Part shown: positions 26,708 to 62,522 of the stretch, one piece after another | Layout of the letters: every line of letters starts with the position of its first letter | Numbering within the stretch: the stretch's first letter is position 1 | NCBI GenBank assembly: GCA_903813345.2 | Contig: CAIIXF020000001.1 | Span: forward strand, 40,362,001 to 40,426,000 | DNA from: Owenia fusiformis | Taxonomy: Eukaryota | DNA: 64,000 nucleotides | Reading direction: 5' to 3' | The notes under the pieces: model-generated | What the model was told of the DNA's origin: nothing | Database searches by the model: none | The model's input: the letters and a program-made list of their open reading frames with translations, nothing else | Made by a program: the position numbers and the translations under genes

Positions 26708-28175
26708 TGAATGAAAAGCCCCGAAGTATTGTCATCACACCAGTGAATGAAATGTCCCGTTGTATTGTAATGACGCCAGTATGAATAAAATGTCTCGTAG
26801 TATTGTAATGACACCAGTATGAATGAAATGTCTCGTAGTATTGTAATGACACCGGTATGATTGAAATGTCCCATAATATTGTAATGACACCAATATGAAT
26901 GAAATGCCCCATAATATTGTAATGACACCAGGATGAATGAAATGCCCCATAGTATTGTAATGACACCAGTATGAATGAAATGCCCCATAGTATTGTAATG
27001 ACACCAGTATAAATGAAATGTCCCATAATATTGTAATGACACCAGTATGAATGAAATGCCCCATAGTATTGTAATGACACCAGTATGAATGAAATGTCCC
27101 ATAATATTGTAATGACACCAGTATGAATGAAATGTCTCGTAGTATTGTAATGCCACCAGTATGAATGAAATGCCCCATAGTATTGTAATGACACCAGTAT
27201 AAATGAAATGTCCCATAATATTGTAATGACACCAGTATGAATGAAATGCCCCATAGTATTGTAATGACACCAGTATGAATGAAATGTCCCATAATATTGT
27301 AATGAAACCAGTATGAATGAAATGCCCCATAGTATTGTAATGACACCAGTATAAATGAAATGCCCCATAGTATTGTAATGACACCAGTATAAATGAAATG
27401 CCCCATAATATTGTAATGACACCAGTATGAATGAAATGCCCCATAGTATTGTAATGACACCAGTATGAATGAAATGTCCCATAATATTGTAATGACACCA
27501 GTATGAATGAAATGTCTCGTAGTATTGTAATGACACCAGTATGAATGAAATGCCCCATAGTATTGTAATGACACCAGTATAAATGAAATGTCCCATAATA
27601 TTGTAATGATACCAGTATGAATGAAATGCCCCATTGTATTGTAATGACACCAGTATGAATGAAATGTCCCATAATATTGTAATGACACCAGTATGAATGA
27701 AATGCCCCATAGTATTGCAATGACAACAGAATGAATGAAATGTCCCATAGTAGTGTAAAGACACCAGTATGAATGGAATGTCCCATAGTAGTGTAAAGAC
27801 ACCAGTATGAATGGAATGTCCCATAGTATTGTAATGACACCAGTATGAATGAAATGTCCCTTAGTATTGTTATCACACCAGTTTGAATGAAAAGTCCATT
27901 AGTATTGTATTGACATCAGTTTGAATGAAATGTATCTTAGTATTGTAGTGACACTAGTATGAATGAAATGTCTCTTAGTATTGTAATGACACTAGTATGA
28001 ATGAAATGTCCCTTATTATTATAATGGCACCAGTATGAATGAATTCTCCCATTGTATTGTAATGACACAAGTACATGACAATACTTGAATGACTGAAATG
28101 TCCCTTAGTATTGTTATGACACCAGTATGAATGAAATGCCCATTAGTATTGTAATGACACCAGTATGAATGAAAT
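26708..28175. repeat. 38-bp tandem satellite, ~38 copies (ACACCAGTATGAATGAAATGYCCCATAGTATTGTAATG)
   Basis: Unit starts at 26811, 27001, 27191, 27381 and 27571 (190 = 5 x 38); homogeneous core, diverged edges. Confidence 0.97.
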
Positions 28176-29498
28176 ATTGTAGTGTATACTGTATGTATGT
28201 ATTGAATGTAACTGCATGTAAATTGTTTTTATTTGATATTAAAATAAATAAAATAATTATAGAAGAAACAAAAGTTTTCATTAGTGGAACATACATTAAC
28301 AGTTACCTTCCTCAGGATTTATAAAATGCTTCCAGTTTTAAGAGTGTCTTGTGTCACATTTATTTCTGCTTGGCATTTAACGATGTTCCATGCGTTCTAT
28401 TGTCATGATTCAAGTATACTACTATGAGGGACATAGTAATAAAAAAATTATCATCTAAAATGTCGTTAAATACAAAAAGAATGTAACTATATGATATTAT
28501 TGACATATGAATTGTGGTTTCACATTAAAATTGTGATCCTTGTAAGAGTAAATGAAATTTTGAAGGTTTTTTAACATTGTGTCATTGGGGGATTTAGCCC
28601 GACCATTTTTAGAAAACTTGAAAATCTCTAGAATTTGAATAAAAGTAAATAACAGGGCAAAAACTAAGTTGTTTTGATAGAAAATTAGACACAGAATTCA
28701 AATAGAAGAAAATATTAGTCTTTAGTGGTTAAAAATGCAGATCTCCTAAAATCTCATTAAAACGAGACCTTAACGAGATTTCAAAGCTATATGGAGAAGC
28801 CACTATTAGATAGATGCCTTCATTAGGCTATTCTCTGTACTTGTGTCCGTGCCTAATTTTGAGTAGCGAGTGTAAATTCTTTTCGGAAACATGATTATGT
28901 TTTCTCTGTAATATGAATTGGAGATAACTGACAAAATATAGATAGCCTAAAATATAAATTTTGTGTTTTTGAACATGCGGAAATTCGATAAATTGCGTTA
29001 TTTTTCGATAATTTACGAGACTTTCAGTCACGTGATATATTTGTACGATGTAGAATAGCTGCGTGGCCATTTTGCAAATCTCGAAGTCACGTGACAAAAT
29101 ATCGAACAACAACACAAGTTATCGAATATTACTTTATTGCATTCGGTAAATAGCAAATTAGCTTTCGGTAAAATGGATTAACTATGTCATAGAAAATAAA
29201 CCATTTGGTAAATATAGGCAAACTTATTTCGGTAGGGTTCAAATAGAAATTCAATATTGTGCATATAATGTCAGTGTTACTCTTAAGGAATACCATAACA
29301 ATTTACGCAAAAATATCATTTAACGAATGAAATATGTAATTTAATGCACATTGTATTAAGTGATTGGCTATTTTGAAAACTTAATTTGCTGTAACAAACA
29401 TATAAACGTTTTTACCGAAGGGAAAAATGATTGAGTGAATATAAATGTTTCATATATCGAATATATTTGAAATTAATGAATAAAGAAGCAAAAATAAT

Positions 29499-29880
29499 GC
29501 CATAGTAGACTGAGGTTACTTTGCGGTTGAACGTCGTGGGATACGGAGGTCCCGCGTTCGAGCCCCAGGTACGGAGTTGTTGATCATTGTCACTACGGGC
29601 ACTCGGTCCGAAGGTCCAACCGTTTACCGGCCCTTGGCATGGGTTGGTTCTCTGGCCGCTCTTGCCGGAGACAGATTGTGAGACTGTGGTTGGTTCCTCC
29701 ACTAACGTGCTTTGGTAAACTCCGGGAGTCATATAGTATGGTAGCGGGCCCCCACCAAGGGCAGTAGTGGAACGACGCGAATCGGTCCCAGTATGGTTGC
29801 CTTGCAACTGAAGAGACTCGAGGAAATCATGCCATTCGCAGTGACCCAGAAAAGACTTTTGCTTTTTAATTTGACGTTTT
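29499..29880 (+). mobile_element. tRNA-derived SINE (GC-rich, ~380 bp)
   Basis: A-box-like TAGTAGACTGAGG at ~29503, B-box GTTCGAGCCC at 29556-29565, GC-rich body and T-rich tail in an AT-rich background. Confidence 0.65.
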
Positions 29881-30195
29881 AATTCATTTATTTACATACC
29901 TTATTCATATTACTTTCCAGGCAGTTATGATTTTTATTGGTCAAATGAATAAACGAGACATATAGATACTATTAAATACATCTAGATAGTATCAAAACCA
30001 TTCGATTTGTCGGGCATACATAAAATAACACTTGAAAACACAACACACATAGCTGCAGTAGCATTTGGCACAGTCGGTTCCCACGCTCTATCATTTTGTG
30101 CGGTCATCATAAGCCGGATAAGGAGGTACGGTTGCTTGGACCATGGGCTTTCAACAGAGTCAAGAAATTGGCATGGATACTTTGAGAAATTTTTT

Positions 30196-31785
30196 TAATA
30201 ATCATTTATTTCAAATATATACTATACATACAATAATACAATAATAACGTTTGACAAGGTTACGAGTAACATTATTGTCAAACTGAAAACTTTAATGTAG
30301 TTACATTCATAATTTTTACTTTAAAAAGAAAGATTCATTATTTTATTTAAAATGGTCAAGTTGTGTGCTTAATGTGTAGAGTTTGGTTACGGGTCCAGTA
30401 GGTCTTTGGTGGATTGCAAAAATGACACACTTGCTTTGATTATTAAAATATTAGTATTATGATCAAAATCAGGGTGACCAAATAAAAGCATGTCTATTTT
30501 ATCAGAAGAATTACAATCTAAAAATGCACTTAAGCAATCCGCCATATGGAGATCTCTAAGGAGTTGACATCTTGGGTTCATGTATAGAGGGCACTGTAGA
30601 AAAAAGTGTTTTGGTGTTTCATAGCGATGACCACAGGCACATTCTGGTGAAGGTACATTGTTAAAATTATGTGCAAAAAGCTGGCTTTTCAAATAAAGAT
30701 CTACTCTGAGTCTATTAAATGAGACTTCATTTTTTCTTTTAACATTACTATAAGTTATGAAATTAGTACCATTGAAATTTTCAAAATGTGCCTTGATCCT
30801 ACGTTTAAAAATTGAAATTCGCTCACAATTTCTTATATCATCAGGTAAAGTATTCCAAGTTTCAATTGCTGCATAGAAAGTAGATTTCTCAAACCTTTTA
30901 CTTATATCTAAAGGAATATTGTATTCTCTGAAAGCTCTTAGAGTTCGAGTTGGAATATTTCTGCAACCATTGAAAACTTGACTTACATATGGTGCTATTA
31001 AATTATGTCTGCTTTTGAAAAGAAAAGTACATAAATGAGATTTTCTTCTATCTGGTAACTTTGTCCAATTTAAAATATCTAACACCTTCTCAGTGCTAGA
31101 GCCATGCAAAGCGCCAGTTATCAAACAAGCTGCATTATATTGAAGTCTGTTTAACTTCATCAAAGATAATTCAGGAGCACTAGAATATAAGATATCACCA
31201 TAGTCAATTCGACTCAAAATGAAGGCATTATAAATGGTTTCTAAGTGTTTAGATCTTAAAACATGAGTCAACCTTTTAAAAGGGTTTAGCAGAGCTTGAG
31301 ACTGTTTTATTAATTCGTTAATATGCTCTTTAAAGGTTAGTTTTTGATCTAAAATGATACCCAGGTGCTTTTGGGTATTTTGTTTATCTATTGGGTTAGT
31401 TCCCAAAAATAAAATTGGTTCATTCTGAATAACAGTTGTTGGTGAAGTGAAAGTCAAGTCAACCGATTTTGAGGCTTTAAAGTTCATTTGCCATGTTTGG
31501 GCCCAGTTATATATTTTGTTAAGATCTTGTTGTAAATCAAGACAATTTTGTGGCTGATCTTTTGGATAGGGGCTAAAAATTGAAGTATCATCTGCATAGA
31601 TAAACGTTTTGGATTTTAAATTAGTTGGTAGATCATTTATATAGATAAGAAACATCAAAGGCCCTAAGATGCTACCCTGGGGTACACCTGCATTTAGAAA
31701 GTTTGGTTCAGACAAATTTGAAAGTTTTTCATTTATCTTGACTTTAACCTGTCTACCAGAAAGATAGGACTTTAAAAGCAAGAGT
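30196..31785 (-). mobile_element. 5'-truncated non-LTR retrotransposon (CR1/L2-like), RT C-terminal half plus 3' UTR
   Basis: ORF 30387..31847: GVPQGSILGPLMFLIYINDLP, YADDT, KHLGIILD.KL.F..HI, C-terminal CACG..ETPKHFFLQCPLY; AATAAA and a short TTA tail near 30196-30215. Confidence 0.93.
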
Positions 31786-32252
31786 AAGTAAGAGAAATGA
31801 GGTAGCAACAAAATGAAACAACGGAAATAATCCAGAAATGTCCACACCCCGGGTCCACACCATTGTTTTCGTTAGTTATGGCAAGGCCCCGTAGGAAAAA
31901 CAGCATTCGTGGGTAGCTTAATTTTTGTACCAATTAGAGCCATGACTTAAACTCAACCAAGAACGGTGGGGCAAAGTCCCTATGGTCCCAATTGAGAATC
32001 AATTCAAATCAAAATCAAATTGAGAATCAGATGACCTGTATTGATTTGCCCCTAAATAGATATCAAAGGGACGCTGAATATTGGACTTAGTTAATGAGCA
32101 CAATTTTAAACTGCCAATTAAAACATGTATTCAATGTTTCAAAATAATGAAACTGAAATATCGGGCAAAATAATTGATATTTCGTTTGTAGAATGAAAAC
32201 TGATGATAGAGATAATATCAGTAGCCAAAAACTACATATACTAGAATATATA

Positions 32253-32690
32253 CACTCCCCTCCATAAGTTTTGGCAACCTTAGCTCCCCCATTGAACTAC
32301 GTTTTAAATCCTCTTTACCTTTGAATTTTTATTTACTTAACTTGCGATGAAAATACTTATACTATTCATGGAACTGTTTGGAATTGTTTTTCAAAAAACC
32401 TCTCCCTTTGAAATAACACAGGAGGCGAAAAATTTTTTTCAAAAGTGACTTTGAAGCACTGTAACTTTAGTATTCATCAAACAAACTAAACACTTAGACT
32501 TAGTGTACAGAAACGTTAGACAATTCAATTTTCTATATAAAAATATTATTTGCTGAATTTTTTACTAAAAGGATTTCCCGATTTCTGATTTGCCCCGAAC
32601 CCCCAATTTCCCATTCGATTACATGGGAATGACGATTTTCAAAAATTCATCAAATTTATCATCAAATTTCGACCTATTGTAATTGAGGAA
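32253..32690. mobile_element. Second, truncated copy of the CACTCCCCTCC Tc1-like MITE family
   Basis: TA|CACTCCCCTCCATAAGTTTTGGCAACCTTAGCTCC; internal gattttcaaaaattcatcaaatttatcatcaa block shared with ~6220-6255. Confidence 0.75.
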
Positions 32691-32916
32691 ATTGATGAAA
32701 TAGTCCCACGCGGAAGTGCACGTCATAAAACTGATGGGTTAAGACAATGTGCCGTCCCACTGGCACGGATTTCGGTACAACGCGCATCCATCGGTAGGCC
32801 TATGTTGGTTTTCGGCATAATGCGCGTCCGAATGATGGGTTTCGGTATAATGCGCGTCGCTATCATGAGGAGATCCAAAATCTTCTATATCTTCATATAA
32901 CATCCCTAACCATCGA

Positions 32917-34108
32917 CAAGGTACAGTGACAAAATATACCGTAGTACACTTTAGATGTACGATGTCACTTTTTAACCGATTTGATGCAAAGACAATGTGC
33001 AGGTGTGATGTAGGTTTTAAAAATTTAATCTTGGGAATACTTGAAAGATTTCATGTTTAATTTCGTGTGTATTCGTTTAGGAAGACATTTAACTTTCTAA
33101 TAACGCTAAAAGACTTTCGAACAGTGCTCAATTTTTTTCGTAGTCAATCTACCTACGAAAATTGATCGGTTGGAAAATGTTGGGTTTTTCACATTTCCTT
33201 TGATCATTTTCTCCCCTGTTGCCTAAGAGTGTCGATTGATTTTATGAGAACATGTTTCTCTATACTACACAAATTTGGACGGGTGGAGATTAATAAATAT
33301 TCAAGCATTTATTGAAATTTAATAAAATCAGAAATGTGCGTTGTCAACTCGAATGTACGTTGTCACTGTAATTGAAATTCATGAGATATACGTAATATTA
33401 AACAATGTAATGATTTCATTTCAAAATTCATTAAGGTTTTTATGAGTAACAAGTGATCTTTAACGAACATGTTCAAGTATCCTTTTTGCTTTTTCATTTT
33501 ATGAAAGTATTGTTGTGGTGGTTAATTTGTGTCCATTTGGTGTTAGATTCCAGCCCAAACTCCCATCCAGTGTCTCGGAATAGAATATGTTGAAGACTAG
33601 TACTGCCACGGAGTTTCCTTCCTCCTCGGTGTTATGAAAAATACGTTGTCTGCATTAGGGTTAACTGTGAATTGAGTAAGTTCAATGAGACAATGTACAT
33701 TCGAGTTGACAACATACACTAATGATTTTTTAAATTATAGCCAAAATGTTAATACTTATTAAAACAAAACATATTCTCATAAATATCATCGACACTCTTA
33801 GACGACAGGGGAAGAAATTATCAAAGGAAATATGTAAAAACACAACATTTTCCAACCGACCAATTATATGGGTAGATTGACGACGAAAAAATCGAATACT
33901 GTTCGAAAATCTTTTAACGTTATTAGAAAGTTAAATGTCTTCCTAAACGAATACACAAAAAGTCAAACATGAAATCCTTAATGCATTCCTCTGATTATTT
34001 TTTTTAAAACCTACATCAAACCTACTTCATTGTCTTTGCTTCAAATCGGTTAAATAGTGACATCGTACATCGAACGTGTACTACGGTATATTTTGTCACT
34101 GTACCTTG
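32917..34108. mobile_element. Fold-back element with ~450-bp inverted arms
   Basis: caaggtacagtgacaaaatataccgtagtacac vs gtgtactacggtatattttgtcactgtaccttg; complementarity continues inward to ~33370 and ~33685. Confidence 0.88.
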
Positions 34109-35204
34109 GTATGGTAATGGTAAGGCGTGATAAAGTCACCATGGAAAGCCGATCTTTTAAATCTCGACACATCTCATTCTCACTTTTCTTAATGTTAATG
34201 TTATTTTTCTCGAATGATAAAGACGACTTTCAGGATGACAATGTGAGATTTTTAACCATTTCTGAATAATTGAATTTAAATTCCATTGTCTGATTCCACT
34301 GTGTATCGTGTAATACAATACAGATTAAAGAAACTAGTATGATCAATCGATTTAAAGAAGCATGTTCGTGATCAATGATACAATTAATCCTAATGTCTGC
34401 AAACTTATTATAACATTAATTCACAAGACCAAATACCCCCCCCCCCTCTACAAAGGTCAAATCGAGGTCAACGTGACTTAGGGGTGCCAAAAATGCAGAC
34501 TAATAGCTTTGAAACTAATTGAAATCAATGGAACGCGTAATTGAATAATCAACAATTTTAAATTGTTTTTGTCTTTGACATTCATATTTCGAGAAGTACT
34601 ACAAAAACAATGAGTGATTTAGTAAGAAAATAGATAAATGCTGCATAAGCATTACGGAACATGCACAGAAACTGCAAAAGTATTCATCAACTAGTAGAAA
34701 ACGCTGTTTTTATCTCAAATTTCGTAAAGAGAACGCGATTCACGAATATTTAGCGAAATTGTAGCTTACTTTTAAAATGCATAGTCAATCGTGGCTCGAT
34801 TCTTATGAAATCTGTTCACAATGATTATTTACCAAAATGAGCAATAATGATTACTAAATGCATTTTCTATAGTATTAGAAACAAGGTACATAACTTTTCA
34901 ATATTTTAAAACTAATTCAATATTTCATGCATTTAATTTTTCAAAAAGTGTCATTTATCTGCGGCCCAGGTTAGAAAATAACAGAGGCACAAAAACCTTG
35001 CAAAAGAGTACTATTGAAAAATCGAGCATATCATATGGTATAAAAAAACATTTCTTTATGCTAGTGTGCTCGAGATTACTTTTACAATTTATGCACAATG
35101 AGAAAATATGACAAAAGAACATAAAAAAATTAATAAGCCTTTTTTATTCTCACTTTTCAACACTACGCACTGGCGTTTTGGCGTACATTGTTCCTACGCC
35201 ACTG

Positions 35205-35380
35205 ACCAGTATGAATGAAATGTTCCTTAAGTATTGTAATGACACCAGTATGAATAAAATGTTCCTTAGTATTGTAATGACACCAGTATGAATGAAATGT
35301 TCCTTAGTTTTGTTATGACACCAGTATGATTCAAATGCCCCTAATAGTATTGTAAGGACACCAATATGAATGAAAGGCCA
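35205..35380. repeat. Second short array (~5 copies) of the 38-bp satellite
   Basis: accagtatgaatgaaatgttccttaagtattgtaatgac units, same orientation as 26708-28175. Confidence 0.9.
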
Positions 35381-36640
35381 ATACCCTCGTGAATTGTATC
35401 GATTCATGAGAGATGGAAGGGATCATGTTAGACATTGTTTTCTTGTACTTCAATCATTGTTTGGATTGTTCAGGTTTTGTTTCTTGATAACCGAATGTTC
35501 TCTTTAATACTGAATTGTACTTCGTAATATTTGACTTTCTCTCTTAGTGTGCTTTTAAACATGTTTTTATCTTTCTACTTTTGATAATTTTGGTACTCGT
35601 ACATAGTTCTATCACTATAATTACAAGGCGAACATCCGAGCAATCGAAGGAACAATCCTAATAATGACACATTTATCGTAAGTATTCAAACACAACATTT
35701 GCCCCATTTGTTCATGTATATTCTCTCGGTATAGCTCAAAATATCACTAGGTACCTCAGAACAACCCACGATTGCGTTCTAAAGAAAGATGCGTTTTACG
35801 CTCTTTTGTCTGTAGACTGTACGCTGTAGTAATTAGGACCTGGTTTTAATATGGCGGTCATTTAATGTAGAAATGAGTATCCTTAGAGTGAATTGCCCGG
35901 TCCGTACCGATTTAAGAAGATTTAAGAAGAAATGCCAATGAATAATCGCCCATACAAATGCACGTTTAGGTTGTGAAAAACATTACTTTCAAATACAACG
36001 TTTTATCTAAAATGAATAGACTAGACCAATCTGCCATCTATATTTAAATCTAAGCAACCAGATTCGACAGATTGCTATTGTTAAGAAATCCCCATCATGC
36101 TAAACCATGACATGTCATTTCTTCAGGTGAAACAGAAAGATGCTATGAGTATCATGATGGGAAATCCCTGCCTCTAAGACCTTCTTCTGTTTTTATGTTC
36201 CCCAGTAGTTGTTATGTTAATTTATGTTTTTGTTATTACGTATATGAGGGTTGTTTGCTTGCAAGTTAGTTGGGAAGTTTATACAGTATACTTGGGTTAT
36301 CTCGATGATAATATAAGGGAGATACACATATTTCCCGAGTGATAAGTCATGTATCTAAAACCGACCAGACACAACTGATACTTCCCATAATACCTAAGGT
36401 TCCAGGTAGATAACAATTTATCCCATACTTAGTAGTGTTATAGGTGAATACCATGCTGGGATCTCCCGCTCATTTATATCACCCGCTCATAAGGAATGAG
36501 TTGAAAGCTGTTGAGTTTTAAAAACAAAAATTTTTGACTTTAAATTGAGATAAAATATTTATGTTTTGATTGTAATTATCGTTTGTAATTACTACATTAG
36601 GGTTCCCTGATATTCAATGCATATTTAATTCTAATAATCG

Positions 36641-36778
36641 TTTAAGTATAGGATAAATCAGTTATTGAATGTTCGATTTTTGATACAGGGAATATCCCTC
36701 GTTAAATACGTATTAAAATAGGGATATTCCCTGTATCAAAAATCGAACATTCAATAACTGATTTATCCTATACTTAAA
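36641..36778. repeat. Perfect inverted repeat, 59-bp arms, 20-bp spacer
   Basis: 36641-36699 is the exact reverse complement of 36720-36778. Confidence 0.93.
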
Positions 36779-37535
36779 AGATTATGAGAATCAAATATCT
36801 AGTATTTCCCTCAGATATACCCTGTATCAAAAAGCTCCCATTAAATAACCTCTATGTATTCCACACATACTGAGGTTGTAGGTTCATAACGAGCATATCA
36901 CAAAGGTGCGGGACCGGGATGGATACACACTGTATCCTCGGTCCTTGTGGTCCCTCGGGAGATATACATATTTCCCTTGGCATAAACCCTATATCCAAAA
37001 CCTCCCAGTACACAACGCTTATTTATCCCATGTTTGCAGAAATATCAATTAAAGTAAATGGTAAAATGGGATCAGAATAACATCATTTATCTGCATCATT
37101 CCTATATCTTTTAACTTCATAAAATACTAACGTTGGCTATTCTATGTGAAAATATTATGTAGAAGTCAAATTGGACCAATTGAAATATCAACAGTGAAGG
37201 GAGGGATGTTGCAGATAATTTGGACATCAATAGAACATTGCATTCATAAGTAAAAATACTAATTATTTCTGTTTTGACTTGATGCCTAGAAGGTAATAAT
37301 ACTGTGGATAAATAATTCCCAACATAACACATGTATGTATATTTAATATTTTAATTTATTTTACAATATGATTGAATGAGATGCAATGTGAGACACATTG
37401 CTATCAAGTTCATACAGTAAACAAAGAAAAGCAAAGTTCTATTAATTACCATAAACAATGTGTGTAGATTACATGGTAACAGGTCACAATGCTGTCACAC
37501 ACAATGACAATGAAATAACCAACAAACACAAAATA

Positions 37536-37740
37536 CTGTATAAGTGGTAATTTTGTCTCATCATTTAATTTGCCTATTTCCTAATTTTTGCCAGGTTCGG
37601 AAAATTAAATGTCGGAAATATTGTCTTTATAATGTTATCCAATGGGAGGTTTCTTGTAATTAGGAAAATTAAAATTTGGAAAAAGATGAAATTTGACCAT
37701 TCGGAAAATTAACCACTCGGATTAAATACCACTTATACAG
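37536..37740. mobile_element. Short TA-flanked MITE (pogo/Tc1-like ends)
   Basis: TA|CTGTATAAGTGGTA ... TACCACTTATACAG|TA; internal GGAAAATTAA repeats. Confidence 0.8.
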
Positions 37741-39539
37741 TATAGCGTCTTAAACTGTGATGAACCATATATACAAGGTGAATATCTATGATATACCCTT
37801 GGAATTTATCCGACATAAGTTTAGGCACCTGGTGTTGAAACTGGTATATGAGGCTACAGAGTATAAATAATATAATATAAATGTGATAACATCTACTAGT
37901 TAGTTTTGAATGCATTTGGATGCTTCCTAGTTTTGAAAGCCTAACCTCTCCCGGGGTACCCTATTTGGGAGTATATACAGTTCCTACAGAATCTGAACAT
38001 GAAATTCCCTGCCATTTCCTTGACTAATGGAAAGCAAATATGCAGATAACCATTTTGAAGTGTCATTTAATTAATAAAATAATACTTTACAATAGTCACT
38101 ATTTTTTGTGCTATCTTGACTGGACTAGGCAAAGTTCCCAGATTATTTTAATTTTGTCTTTCTAAAATTTCCGGACCATTTTAGTGAATTCGAAAGCAAT
38201 TTTGAGATGCCCAGGCCATTTCAAATCAGGAAAAATGTTATTTTGGAATCATAAAGAACTTTAACATTTGTTACAGACACTGAACACAAAACACCAAACT
38301 CCAACCGCAGCCAAAAAAAAGTGGGAGACCATAACAATATTTCACCAATTCTGGTATTCACATTTAAAAACATATATGTAAGTCTCAGGTTTAAAACTCT
38401 GTTGTACATAACACAGAATAACAAGTACTAATATCATTTAGACTTTACTGGGTTCTAAATATACTTGTTGTTTATTTCATTGTCTTGTGTGTGACACTAA
38501 CCATTTCTCTATGCTCTCAATACTATTGTACCACTATAATATATAAATAGTTTGTCAACAAAGGCACCATTTAAACTTGTATTTTACATGTACATAAATA
38601 CTGTACAATGTAAATGGTTGAACATTTAACATATTTTGAATATGTTTCTGTAGATATACATACTGTTACTGTACATTTGGTTTTAAATAAAATCTAGATG
38701 AAATAATTGAACATTAAAGCACCTACTAACTGTACTGGAATCTACATTTGGCATATATCTAAAATAACATCTGGACCAGGCATATTACAAACAACAGAAA
38801 CAATGTCGAACTTTGATGCGAAATAATTGTCAATAATAAATTTTACAATATAATTGTTACTCTACATACTGGTGAGTTTTTCACTAGTGATACACAGGAG
38901 GTGCATCAATAAACCTGGCAATTTGTGATCCAATTTGAGATTCTAGATGCTCATTGGTCAATTCAGGTGGCTATGTAAGCATGGTGGGTACCTAGGTAGT
39001 ACCTCCTTTGTGACGTCTGCAGCACCATTGTGTTATCAATGTATATGTTCATTATGATATCACATTGTATTGTCATTATGACCTCATTCTACACTGTATC
39101 TCCATTATGACATCAGACTATACACTGTATGGTAATTGTGACATCGCACTACACTGTATATGTTCATTGTGGTTTTGTACTCTATAATCTTGTCTTTGTT
39201 TGGTATAAAACCATTTTAAAATTTGACTCCCTACCACAATGTCACATTCAATTGTTACAATAAGCCATTGTGACATCATAATGCAAGTTCATTGTGACAT
39301 CACACCACATCCATCAAGACACCATAATGCATGTCCAATATACTGTACACACAATACTAAGATCTCCATGAGTGACATCTGGATATTTACATGGGTTGCT
39401 ATGGCAACCAAAGTTTGCCTCCAAACCTTTAGAAGGATGAAGTGGGCAATGTTTCCATGCTAGAGTCATTGATTGCACTGAGTGTCTGAATGTTCTCTGA
39501 ACACTGTCTGCCCTGTGTGAGACAGAAAGGACTCTTAGA

Positions 39540-39583
39540 GCCCTCTATATTTAAGCCCTGCGCCCTCTATATTTAAGCCCTGC
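39540..39583. repeat. Perfect 22-bp tandem duplication just past the eya copy-B stop
   Basis: gccctctatatttaagccctgc x2. Confidence 0.9.
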
Positions 39584-39588
39584 AGGGG

Positions 39589-62522
<22,934 letters not shown>

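Noticed and set aside
26670..27876. Three long overlapping ORFs (355-397 aa), and a possible CRISPR-like array
   Set aside because: They are translations of a 38-bp satellite. Units are head-to-tail with no unique spacers, there are no cas genes, and the DNA is eukaryotic.
29805..29835. Hammerhead-ribozyme-like core (CTGAAGA..GAAA) in the SINE tail, and a similar one at ~19219-19255
   Set aside because: The stem II closing pair and stems I/III with an NUH site cannot be formed; the second case spans an insert/LINE junction.
31786..31847. Start of the 486-aa RT ORF as a functional gene
   Set aside because: These codons are flanking DNA read through by chance; the element is 5'-truncated and lacks the endonuclease and N-terminal RT motifs.
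39340..39395. Possible third eya terminal-exon copy (VTHGDLS on the minus strand)
   Set aside because: It lacks WPFWRI and the LDLGYL end; chance match in the 3' UTR.
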